From NCBI GenBank assembly GCA_008632985.1, contig QPGO01000197.1, forward strand, positions 1 to 64,000: 64,000 bases of DNA, in the 5' to 3' direction. This document shows, in pieces, positions 12,971 through 25,168 of the stretch. The notes under the pieces were generated by a model. It did not search any database. It was not told the DNA's origin and saw nothing but the letters and a program-made list of their open reading frames with translations. Every line of letters starts with the position of its first letter. The stretch's first letter is position 1. The translations under genes and the position numbers were made by a program. Source of the DNA: Psammoneis japonica. Taxonomy: Eukaryota.

Positions 12971-13366
12971 GACGCGTTCCAGCCCTAGGTGGGAGCTCGT
13001 AGTGCTGACGTGTGACACAAATAATTTTTATCATCCGTCGTATGTTTCGCACGTAGCTTTCTACGTGTGATATTTAAAAAAAATTGTCCAGACTCGCTGT
13101 TTTGCGAAGCCCCAGACGTTTTATATAACGAATTTATAGAAACAATAATGCGCCAGTTACATTCTTCAATGTCTGAAGAATGTAACTGGCTAAGTAAAAA
13201 ATGATGTACTTCAATCATGGGCGAGTTTGTGCGTTCGCAAAATTGCCTCATTTTCTGTTGGCGATCATTGACATTTTAATTACCGTATAATTTTACTACG
13301 GAGCTCGCACGTAGAAGTCTACGGGCCCAATGTCACACGGATTCCCACCTACGTCTGGAACGCGTC
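12971..13366. mobile_element. MITE (family A), 396 bp, unmutated copy
   Basis: TIR GACGCGTTCCAGcccTAGGTGGGA...TCCCACCTAcgtCTGGAACGCGTC. 4-bp TSD CTTG. Perfect 17-bp internal stem at 13152-13190. TpA-rich. Confidence 0.9.
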
Positions 13367-16318
13367 CTTGACTGTCATTGTCGGGTGGTGCAGAGTGCGC
13401 CAAAAGTTGGATCCTTCCACAGAGGATTCATGCAGGACCATGCAAATTGGATGCCAGAGGTTGTGCAGAAAAAATGCAAAATCCCTGCACTCATCTGTGA
13501 CCAAAACTGGTGGCAAAATTTCCATTCCCAGGATGCAAAACCAGGTGTGACTTGCGGGCAATGCATGACGATGACACCCCTTTGCAAGACTCAGGAAATC
13601 ATGCATCGTCAAAAGATCATCAAGAGAAGATGCAGTTTGACACTCAAAGTGCAATTTCAACCCACGTGTCCACAGATGCCATTGTCTAAAAACCGACATG
13701 TTGCATTTTCCAATTTGGTGCAAAAATGCATTTGTTTGATGACATGAGATTCAAAACTGCACTTTGACCCCCCAAACTGTGTTCCCCTGCAGCCAGGTGC
13801 AGTGCTTGTGACGCTTTGATTCTTCTTTTGTTGTGATGCTTGGCTTTTTGATGAAAACATGGATGAATTGGCTTGGCCAAGCTGAGGGAGTCCCAGTTGA
13901 ATTTGCGCTGAAGTCTGCGGTGCCACAGAAATTGCACACAAACATTTGGCCAGCGTGCTCTGCACTTGACAGGTGTCATTCACCTGGGGGCTGAGTTTTT
14001 GAAAGAGAGAAGGAAGCATGGGAGTTGTGCACAGAGACACCCTGGTTCCTCTTGGGCATGCAAAGAAAGACCTGAGTGAGGGACAGTCAGATCATTTTCA
14101 ACAAAAACAGTTTTTGACCGCAGTGCACCCGGCTTTTGCAGAACGCACTCAGAGGGGGCAAAGAGAGATTGAAACATGAGTCTCTTGCTCAACACACCAC
14201 TGGAGCAATGGTCAGACACTTCTGCAACTGCTGCAGCAACATCAAAAAACAACAAAAACGAGAGCAGCAATGGCTGCCGCAGGTTGTCCAAAGAACAGCA
14301 AGAGCAACAAGAAGGAACATCATGCCGGTGGTGACAGGAGGTCCAAGCACTTCCTGAACAAAAAAAGAGAAAACGGGAGCTTTGTGTCCAATCTTTGATG
14401 CTGCAAAACAAAGTTGCCATTGGGGAGAGCAAGAGCCACCAGTGGATGAGAAATGACAAACATGCGCGAAGAGGCTTTGCAGCGGGCAATGCCGCCTCAC
14501 CTGAAAGCATCTTTGGAGAATCCAAGCAACCATCACTCCATTCCAGGTTTGGTGTCAGCTCTGTGTTCCCCAGAAGACAATGACAAAATCAACAAGACAC
14601 AAGATCAAGGCCAAGTCAAGCAGAAGATGCTGCAGTCCGCTGCGCACTTTCACGGCTCATGCATGCATCCATGAAACTCCCCCATTGCTGTGCATTTGAG
14701 CAAGATTCAAAAGAAAGTTCAAAAGAATGATGGTGAGTTTGTGGCAGACATGAGAAAAGGAGTGAAGTGGACACCACTTGGGTTTGTTGCCAAAGCCTGA
14801 CAAGTGGCACCTTGGGAGCTGCTGGGCATGTGTCTGACTGCCATTGATCATGTCTCCATTGCACTTGCCAGCAAAACATTGTTGTGCATTCTGTGGCAAG
14901 AACAATGCAGGGTCAAAGGGGCTTGTGTTTGGGCCAAGTGTTGAATGGATGAAAACAGCATGGATGCTTTGTCAGCGCGCAGATTTCCTTGATGCTGATT
15001 GTTGTGGGAGGGTGGATGAAGAGGGGAAAAGGGCCAAATCTTTTTGCACTGTTGACCCCTTTGTTTGTCAAGGCTTCCAGCAGTCACTGGGGTCTGGGCA
15101 TGCATGAAAGTGTGGTGTGTTGCTTGGTGCATTTGTGCAATCATTCTATTTTTTTGGGAACATTCTCATCCATGGTGAACAAGACAAGATCTTTTGATTG
15201 CTCTTGATGGCAGCAGCTGAGCTGCTGTGAGAGCCTCCTCAGCTGGGATCCAGTTGAAACCATTGGATGCCATGGACAGCCGCAAGAGTTGCAAAAAGCT
15301 TCGTTGCATTTGTGAACAATGTGTTTGAGCAGCACATGCAGGGATTTTTTTAGTTTGGCCAGGACTCGCAGATTGCAATGGATGTGACATTCAAAAACTG
15401 AAGCAAGACACAGGTGCATCTGAAGGATGGGAGCCAGGTGGTGACAAAGGACAAGATGAAATGGAGCCCTTTTTGAAGTGCATTCAGGTGGCAAGGAAGG
15501 CACAATGTGCCCCAAAGCTCAGTCAACTTGACACCGACAATGCAGGTGCCAACAGTGGCATGTTCAATTGTGTTTTCTCAGGTGTGGGTTGTTCTTGGAC
15601 AAATGCAAAGCTCCAAATGATTTTCTCAGTTGCTCAGTGTGTGCCTGCATTGTTTCTGTGTCTTGTGCAGAGCTGTTGGAAGGTGTCAGCCCACATGTCC
15701 CAAAATCCAACATGCCGGTTCTTTCATTGCCTTGTCAGCATTTTCATCATTTTCAGGATGTGGCCAATGCCAATCAGGTTTTTGAAGAGAATCATGAGGC
15801 AATGGTCAATCTCAATGCCAGCCATCATGGAAAGTGCCGTGGGCTCAACGCAGAGTGGAAGAGAGGGCATGCTGTTGACGAGGGAGCATTGGCTGCAGGT
15901 GCATTTTGAGGGGTTGCCCACAGCAGTTGTTGATGTTCATGCCATGAGGGTCTTTCCCATTTGGTTGAAGTGCATGTTGGAAGATGGGCGGCTTGTTCCA
16001 TGTGGCAGACAAATCAGTGGCAACCTGAGCAGACTTTTGAAGGGTCATGGCATCAATGTCAAAGACCGTTTGGAGACAGCAGTGATTGCAAAGATGCATG
16101 ACAACTGCGGCTCCACTCGTGCAAAGGCTCTTGCAGAGTGAATTTTGATTGTGACATGATTGCTTTGCAAAGAGAAGGGACAAAGGGCTGGTTGTGAGAG
16201 AGCGTCATCTTCCTGCCAACCCAGCTGAGAGATTCTTGCATGTGTGGCAGCCGGCGCCATTGTCCACAAGCTTCTCACAGTGCAGTTGCTGAAACTGGTC
16301 TCTTCTTAACTCCAGGGC

Positions 16319-19150
16319 TTGATTCAGCCACCTGCTGAGCTTGATGTTGCGAAGGTTGGCAGCATGGCTGGCACAATTGGTGTGGAGAACAAGTCATTGC
16401 AAGAGGTGCTGTGGTTGGAATTGGCAGTGGTTGAGCTTGATGTTGTGAAGGTTGGCAGCATGGCAGACACAGTTGGTGGAGGACAAGTCATTGAAAGAGG
16501 TGCTGTGGTTAGAATTGGCAACTGCAGAGGCATGGGAGTTTCCACAAAACATGGCAGTGAGCCAGTGGGCCAAGGAAAAGCTCTGGTCCAAATTGATGAA
16601 GTGTTGTTAGATTCACAGAAGCTGCCACTCAGATTCTCAGATGATGAAGCAGACGAGGAGCCAAACCATGCAAAGGGAAACACAATTGGAGAAGTTTGCA
16701 GAAGAGGCCACTCTGACACTGTTGTGCTCCAGACAAGCCACCTTCAAGTGCCGCCTCCAGAAAAACCCAACTCAGCATTGTCTGTTCTCTTCACTGAAAA
16801 TCATCTTGACTCCAAGGGAAGCTCTGTCTCCTCAGTGCAAAACAATGAAAAGGATTCGGTGGGTCGCACAGAGTCTTTGGCTCAAAACAACAAAACTGCT
16901 GATTTGGCACAAAACAATGAAACTGCAGCATCCGATGCGATCACCAACCCAACCAAAGTCCATGCTGATGCAACAGCATCTGACACAAGTGCAGAGTCAA
17001 ACCAAGCCAAAACAATTGCCAACACATTGGCAATGGCAACACCAAATGAAATTCCAGACATGCTTTCAGACGCATCAAAACTGGATGAAAGCGCCAAGAG
17101 TGAGCTCAGAAGCCGTGCCAAAAATGACACATTTCACATGATGGACGTGCTGCTGGTGTGTCGTGATTGTCCCGTTGTTCCACACTTGTGTGAACTTGCC
17201 CAAGAGCCAACCTTTGTTTGCAATGACAATGACTGCCTCCCACTGTGAGACATGAGAAGTGTTGAAATCAAAAGGTTTCTCTCATGAAGAAATGGAAGAG
17301 TGCAAGCACCACAACAGAGAATGCATTTGAGCACAGGCAAGGATGCCATGTCCTGTCAATGACATGCACACTTCTGATCTTTGTCTTGCACATGAATTGA
17401 TTCATGAGAGCAATGCTTTCAAACAATGCCACACCCCAGAACTTGATGCATGGTTTGTCAGCACAGCAGCAAAGGCCAAGAAAGGTTGGTTTGAACCTGT
17501 GCTGGGTGTTTCAGTTTTGTCAAGAGAAGGCTCCAACTCAGATGGCTTCCGACTGTGGTGGCGTGGCAGCAGAACCAACCAATTAGAAAATTTCACCAGA
17601 AACTTTGGGCACTTCTGGCTGGTCAAGCGACAAGTGTTGAAACAGCCCACCATCTGTTGGCACTTTGAACTTTTCATTGCAATGTCAGTGCTGGTGTGTT
17701 GTGCCATGGCAAGCCCAACCTTGGCCACCCACATCTGTGCACTCTCGATGAGCTGCAGAGTGTCATTCAAAAGTTGTTCAATGTTGTCATGCTTCCCAGT
17801 CACAAGAATCTTTTTCAGACATGAAGCCAACTTGAGCTGATTGGGTTGGTGTTGGAAAGTCCACCCAAGATCCATGATTTGTTGAAAGCTTGGATGAGCC
17901 AGATGAAAGATGAAGTGCTGACACCATCTTTGAAGTTCTTGGCAAAGAGACTTGAGCTGTGACACCTGCTGATTCCCTGCAAAACCAAAGCAGACCATCT
18001 GGTTCAAAAGCAATGGTCGGGCAGCCCAAAAGAAAAACCAAAAGAAACAGACTTTGAGCGGCTCATGATTGTGCACAAAGAGCCATCAAATGGCACAGAC
18101 ATGTTTCCCAAAACCATGTCAATGGTCAAGTTGGAATGGGAAAAGGACAAAACAAGAGACAAGTGCTCAAACATGCAAAGTTGACAATGAAAGCCAAGTG
18201 TGCTGGCATCACTCAGAGTCCATGTCAACAACAGGCTTCTTGCCAACAGAGACATTTGTTTCAGGATTGCACTGGACAATGGGGCGACACAAGTGCTGGC
18301 AGATGAAACCAACTGAACTTGCACAATTGGCAAAACTGATTTGCTGAGGCTGCCGCATGGGGTCTCTGTCAACGTGCTGACTGTGTGGGACTTGTTTCAT
18401 GCTGGTGCACTCATTGATGACAATGTTGTTCAAGGACACTTTAACTTGCTCTGACAGCAATTTTCATGACTTGGCATTTGAGTTGTCAATGCAAATTTTC
18501 ACAAAAGACTGCAGTGGTTCAACTGGGCCAACGTCAATGGATGGGCAAAAGAGCTTGATGGCAAGCGCCTGGAACATGATGGGCGACAGCAGAAGGCACT
18601 CTTGCTGACATCTTCTTGGGATCAAACATGGCCAGCCACTGGCTGAACTCATTTGTTGATTGCTCTTTCAAAGGAGAAGCTGCCACAGCTGGACAGCTTC
18701 TGGTGCATGCAGCCAGCCAGCCTCCAGCCAAATGCCATCTTGCAATGGCTCTGGCAAAAGCTGGTTGCTGTGCCACTGAGTCCAGAAAAGCCGGGTGTCG
18801 AGTGTGTCATTCCTCTGCATGCTGGGCAAGGGCCCAATGATTGTGCTGTTCATTCCTGTGTTAAAGCAGCAGCAGCACATTTAAAAGCACTGGAAAATGG
18901 GACACAGCACACTTGCTGCGATGACATTCAAAAGCCAACAGCGACACTCTCATTCTCTGAAGATTCAGCCTTGGAAGACTGGGTGTGCTTGGGTCATCAT
19001 CACATCTTGCAGAGCTTGTGCAAAGGCAAAATTGATCTTGATGACCTCATTGTCACTGAGACTTCAGCGTCTGTTTGCCTCCCAGGGATTTGGCAATTCA
19101 CGAATGACAGCTGGCTGCCGACAGACCAAGCACATCAAAAAAAGTGAAAT
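16319..19150 (+). pseudogene. Decayed DNA transposon: DxxH-type transposase remnant plus Ulp1-like protease remnant
   Basis: KND(T<I)FHMMD at about 17120, SDGFRLWWRGSRTNQLENF at about 17540, N-x3-HW at about 18625-18642 and QGPNDCAV(H<Y) at about 18830, spread over several frames. Confidence 0.35.
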
Positions 19151-21589
19151 GAGCAAAATGCACATTTTGGCAACCTTTCATGTGTCATCATGTGAAATGC
19201 ACACTTGCAAAACAACACACAAAAGCAAGCACTTTGGTCTGACCTTGTTTGTGCCCCAAACTTTGCAAGCTGCAATCCCACAACACTGCCTGTCATCAAG
19301 GCCATCTCAAGCAAGTGGCCACCAAGATGCCAAGCACAGCAAAAAAAGGGGAGCAAGCAAGATGCTTTTTTGGCACAGTTTGGTGTCACAACACGCACTT
19401 GCAGCACAGTGCAAAATGGAAAACACAACAGCACAGTCTTTCATTGCCTCCCTGTCACAATCCCAGAATCCTGCCCACCATGAGTGCAGTGCAGTGGGGC
19501 TGTCTCAACCTGCTGCCAAGGAGACTGAGCACAGCAAGAAAGGCCTTGTGAGCACAATGCACACCATTTTGGCAAGGCACACAGTGTGCTGTGCTCCATC
19601 ACTGAGTGACACTTGCACCCCCACACAAACCATGCCACACATGATTGTTGCAAAATTGTGTGGAAACTGCCAGGTGTTGCACCATGTCATTGAAAGCAGC
19701 AAGCACAAGAAAGACATGACAGTGAGCAATGAGCTGAGTTGCATGCATGAGCTGACAATCAACTCAACTCAACAAACACAACACATGAAACAGAGCACCA
19801 GTTTTTGCATTGAGTTGAGACTCATCATTTCTGTTGGCACAAAATCAAAACCATGCTGAGCACTCTTGTGCAAGCACAAAGTGCGTTTTGCATCTTCTTG
19901 AGTCAAGCAAAACAGTCCTTGTGGTGACATCTCTCATTTTTCTGGGGTCCACAGCTTGTAAGTGACATGACAGAAATTGCGCCAAACTTCAGATGCTTGT
20001 TGTTCCTGCGAATGTAAGACTCTGCAGAGCCAAGTGTTTGGAAGTTTGAGAGAGCAAGAGCAAGAGAAATGGAAACATTCCATGATCTTAAAGCTCCCAG
20101 CCCATTGCTGTCTCAACACAAACAAACAGTGCAAACAAAACACACAGTTTTTGAAAAGCAGTGACGCCATTTCAAAAAACTCTTTTCAAAAACTCTTCTC
20201 ACTGTTTTTCCTGCAATGAAGAGCGGAGAGTCTCGTGGCTCTTTGCCTCTGGTTCTTTGGAGTCTCTCTCCATTTGCCTCAAGAATCATGCAGAACCTGC
20301 ACAAAATCCTGGCAGGGCAAAGAGAGATTCTCCCCACACATGAACAACACCTGCACTTTCTTCTTTCTTTGACCTGAGAGAATGAGAAGGCAGCAATTTT
20401 CCATGTTTGCAGCCAGACAAAAGGAAATGGAAAAAAGGAGTGGATGACGATGTTTGAGCATTGAAGCAGAAAACACATCCAGGGTCAAAAATGACAATCA
20501 GATTGGGTTGGGAATCTGCTCAACTCAAGCAGCTGCAGATGCAAAGACAGAAGACCCAGTGGCTGTTGTCCACAATGCCTTTGTCCTTTCTTTCCAACAA
20601 AAGAGAAAAAGAGGCCAGTCCTGAAGCCAAAAAAGAGAACACTGCACCCAATGATCAAGAGAGATGGGTGATGATCATGAGGGTGGAGCCAGCTGGTGAG
20701 GAGGACAGCGCTGCCTCTCTGGAGAGAGAGAGCAGCAAATGGAGGGCAAAGGATGCTCAGAGGGAGTCACCATCCTGTCACAGGTTGACCCCGATGCAAC
20801 ACCCAATGACTTCAATTCAGGTGCTGAGTGGCTCATTTGTGAGGCATGTGGCAAGACATGCAAGCAAGCTGAATGCTGGCACTCATCTGGCACCTGAATG
20901 GTGAAACATTGGATGGCTGAACTTGCTGGCAAGAGCGTTGTTGGTGCCAACCAGCACCCCACCCAACACAATGACACAATGCTCTGAACGGCTCCCAAGG
21001 GAAATGATTCATTGAGCTTGGGACATTGGCAGAGCAGCTTCATGGGATCAAGACATGGAAGTGGAACTCAGTCAGGTTTGTCGCGGTGTTCCAGATTGTC
21101 ATCTAAAACAGCGGGTGGGCTGCGGTGTGAAAGGAGCAAAGAAGGACATCAGAACCCCACTCAGCGCCAGACACATGGATGATTGGGAGATGTGGGTGAA
21201 CACAAAATGCTTCTTGAGTGTCTTCCAAAATGCAACTTGCAAGTGATCTCCCCAGCCCACTCGGAAGGACATGACAGGATTTGAGCAGGATTTGGGTGCG
21301 TGCGAAATGTCGCGCTGTTTAGTTCTCTTTAGTTCCGCGTGCACGCGTGCGATGCAGTTTGCTTTCGAGCCACTCGGCTCACAAGAACAATGACAGCAGC
21401 CCGATTGTGCCGACTCACACGTCTTTCGGCTCCTGCAACGGTCTCTGAGCGGAGACTCATCTGCCATTTGGACAGCAGCAAGGAGCCATTGTTTGAGTTC
21501 TTGCCATTTGCCTTCAATTTCTGTCAGATTAACAGTCTTGCTCATTGTCAACCCATTGAGCAACCGCCATCGTCGTCGTTGATTTACCG

Positions 21590-21920
21590 CAATGGGAATC
21601 ATTCGGGTCCTGAGAGTCATCATGTAGAAATTGTGCAAGAGAGTGCCAAAAACAATTATCATCAGTCTGTCCGTCCGTCCGTATACGAATGTCAACTTCT
21701 CGGGAAATCAATTGAAATGCCATCTGATTGACGGTATTTTGATTCACATAGTGAAGGCCAATGCCGTCAACCAGATAGCATTTCAATTCAGTTCCCGAAA
21801 AGTTATTAGCTCTAATCACTTTCTCGTATGACATTGTGTACATTTCTACACGATTTTGTGTTTTTCCTTATGTAAAATATTAATTATGACCCACGCGACA
21901 TTTTCGAATGATTCCTATTG
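21590..21920. mobile_element. MITE-like element (family C) with CAATAGGAATC TIR and long internal hairpin
   Basis: Left CAATGGGAATCATTCG, right CGAATGATTCCTATTG. Imperfect stem of about 43 bp across about 21696-21802. A related element is at 51710. Confidence 0.75.
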
Positions 21921-21921
21921 C

Positions 21922-22039
21922 GACGCTATTTCAATTCTGCGTGGACCTCCGTATATATTCTACGTACATCGGCAAGTCTAGACGCTATTTCAATTCTGCG
22001 TGGACCTCCGTATATATTCTACGTACATCGGCAAGTCTA
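21922..22039 (+). repeat. Two identical 59-bp tandem monomers at the putative LINE 5' end
   Basis: GACGCTATTTCAATTCTGCGTGGACCTCCGTATATATTCTACGTACATCGGCAAGTCTA x2 (21922-21980 and 21981-22039). Confidence 0.95.
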
Positions 22040-23202
22040 CGCGCATTCAATACCAAGCATCGGCAGGAATTTAACGTCACCGTCAAGTCTCCTTTACCGC
22101 TGGATATCTGGATTGATTATACTACCTATGATCGCTTAAGACATACATTCAACGGTTATATCCAAGTCTATCCTTGATCCTCATCCCTTTTTATACCCAT
22201 TCAACGGTTAACGGTCAAGAACCCTACATATTCATAGATCTTCGTTGCTGAAGACACACATATATATGTGTCTTCACGGCCAAGAACTTGAACCCACTCT
22301 TTAGACTGCGGCTTTGCTGCCACTCTACAAGCACACCGAGTCTATTGTACCTGATCTACCCCCGACCACTGGTGCTCTACAGTTCTACTAGGTCCACGAG
22401 GATGACTGTAAGAGCAAGTGGCCGTGGTTGCAGCCTGCGTTGGGGCGAGGGTGTTTTCCCGCGTTTGTTCGTTCGTCCACAGCACCTGACGCCTGCGTCA
22501 ACTGGCCAGCCTGATCGGGAAATCCAACCGACATAAAATAAGAACGGTTCGGGGGTCTTGTCCACCTCCAGTCAGCTTGCCTGCAGGGGTTTACAACCCG
22601 CCACTCCGCTCGCAAGCAACCCAAAGCGCCGCCAGCTGCGGGCTCGGACGTGCCGGCACAACTCTACGGACCGGATGGGAAGTTTAGCACTTAACAACAA
22701 ATGGGACAGCACAACCCGACGACTTCTGATTTTAAGATGGTCCAAGATTTCAAGTCAAGTCTGGCTCAAGTCAAGTCTTTTTCAAGCCAAGTTGCAAGTC
22801 AAAACTCCGAGTCAAGACCGCGCTCTAGATTGGCTCCTGTCTTTTGTTTCTACTGCACCGTCCTCCGTCATGGTTCTCACGTGACAGCAACAAACCGAAA
22901 GCTTCAAATACATTCTAGGCACTGTGCTCAATCAAGACGATGACAGCCCTCTTTGTTCTGCTCTGTCCATCAACGGGATTGAATCGTGTGAGGAGTTGTT
23001 CACATTCTTGCCCACCCAAATTGACGCCCTCACTTGCAGAGACGGCGCCAAAGCAGCTCCTTTGCCAGGGACCTGCAGAAACCTCCTGGCAGCTTTGATC
23101 AGCTTCCACTTTGTCAAAGTTTGCAAATAATTCTGCGATTGCCAGTGTTGAACACACCCACGTGTTTTCAGTGCCAGGCTCCCCGTAGAACAGCCGACAA
23201 CC

Positions 23203-25056
23203 ATGGCGTCTCCTTCCGTCGTTGACGGCAGCCATGCCCCTCCTCCTGTCCACAACGCCACCATGGCAGATGACATTGCCGTCGATCAGACTTCTCTTAA
23301 GTCGTCTTCTAAACCAAAAGAGCGTCAGTTTGAAGAGATTGCTCTTCGCTTCAAAATTCGTGGCCCTGCAGCGACATGCAAGCCGATGACTCTTGTCACC
23401 GCCCATTTACAAGTCTTACAGCAGATTCTTTTCACGTGTCATAAAGACGTGCAAATCCTTGACAACCACAACAACCGAATCACGCAAATCAATGTGGCTG
23501 ATTGGATTTCCTCCCTTCAGCACGAATGTCACTTCGTCATCTCCACTGCTCGCAGTGGTGAAAAATGCCCGGTCACCCATCGCTTGTGTCATCGCATTCT
23601 TACAAAGTTGCCGCTTCGCGAAATTCGCTCTCATCCTCATGTTCAAAGCATTTTGGATCTGAATGACATGTGCATGAAACGACACACCTGGAATGAATCA
23701 GTGATTGACACGGCGACACTGGCCTGTTGCATTGCCACCGCTACGAAACATGCTCCAGTCGACGACGCTGCCAAAAAGTTTCTTGGAGATTTGGGTGAAT
23801 TCAAGACCAAGATGCCAAAGTTTCGTCTGGCACCTACGTCAATCCGAGCAGATAACAACAAACTTGCCACTCCCATTCGCACAACGACTTTTGCCATTGA
23901 GGTTCAAAATGATGAGTGTCGCACTGCCGGGAGAGTCTTGTTGCACGCATCTAACAAACTCCCGACCCATGTCGTGATGGCCAAGACCCGTCACCTCTCT
24001 CCCTTGGCCTTCTACAACGCTGTCAAAACTCAAGCCCGCCGCAATGAAAACACATGCATCGTCCCGCTCTTGCACACTTCCCCAGATGTGATGTTCTACT
24101 TCGAACAAAATGTTGGGGCCTTGAAAGGCGTGCAGGACATTTGCGCCTCTAACTCCGCCGACGGGAGGTGCAACATTCTCATCAATCGAGTGGCTTTCAA
24201 GACAGCACGTGCCGCAATTTCCACGTGTGTCATGAATCTCATTCCAGATCTGCCGGAAGAATCTTACCCGACTCCTCCCTTCCCAGATCATCCTCAAGTC
24301 TCAGGCGTTTTTGACAAACCGTCGGAGACCAGCAAATCCATCGTCTCTGCGAGCATTCGCAGTCTCGAATCCCCAACCTTTTTGGACGTTTCTCCTTTGA
24401 CAGACACTCATGCTCCCAGTGCGCATCATCACCCTCCATCGCAATCTCATCCTGGTCGCGGACATGCAGGACGAGGATTCCCCGGTCGAGGTCCTGCGCG
24501 AGGTTCTCCGGTTCCACCTCAGATCTTCACCCCCCTTTCCTCCCAATCTCCGTCGAAACTTGGTCACACTGGACACCCTGGCATGCCGTCTCCCCAATTG
24601 TCTCATGCTCAAGCTGCTCAATCTACGTCAAGTTCCTCTCTTGCTTCAGCTCAGATGGCGGAAGTGCAACAGACGTTATCTCAGATGCAACACAAGAACG
24701 ATCAGGCCCCAGCCGAACTCCGCCAACAGCATTCCAAGGATGTGGAAGCTTTGAATGACACATTCAACAAACAACACACTCAAGACATGGCCACACTTCA
24801 GTCACAATGCTCCCAGCAACTGGCCGCTGTGCAGGACCAAATGAACCAAATAGTTGAACTCCTTCAAGCAAGTCAACCGTCTCAGAGCTCAGCCAGAAAA
24901 CGCCCCAACCATGTGGAAACTCCCGAGCGCCCTGGGGATGACAAAGACAGGGAATCGGATTTTCAGGCAGGGGTTGGATCTCGCCGCCTCCACCCCCTCA
25001 AGAAATTGGGCGTCCTCCCAACATTGTTGCTCGGCTCCACTCACCTCTCACTTTAA
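23203..25056 (+). pseudogene. LINE ORF1 (gag-like; RG-rich segment and coiled coil)
   Basis: Lies upstream of ORF2. GRGHAGRGFPGRG segment and Q-rich coiled coil. Only 3 Tyr in 617 aa. Confidence 0.7.
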
Positions 25057-25168
25057 CTTCCATTTTTCATCGGACCTCTAGATGTCGGCCTTTCTCCTTT
25101 CAACCGAACCTCAAGTTAATGCAGTGCTCTAAGCCTCAGTCTTCTCTTCGGAGGAGCACGGCCCAACC

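Larger units (their letters stand above)
12090..21580. mobile_element. Large nested block of decayed transposable elements, TpA- and CpG-depleted
   Basis: About 20 TpA in about 9 kb outside the 12971-13366 insert. Overlapping junk ORFs in all frames. Transposase- and protease-like remnants. Confidence 0.7.

Noticed and set aside
15461..16141. VDVHAMR resembling an endonuclease III (HhH-GPD) motif
   Set aside because: No HhH motif or other support. It lies in hypermutated DNA where His is overproduced.
1430..21500. Dozens of overlapping 60-320 aa Cys/His/Gln-rich ORFs in the depleted blocks (also at 49400-51560 and 58900-60600)
   Set aside because: These are an artefact of TpA loss. TAA and TAG stops and Tyr codons are gone, so all six frames stay open. 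No coherent domains.
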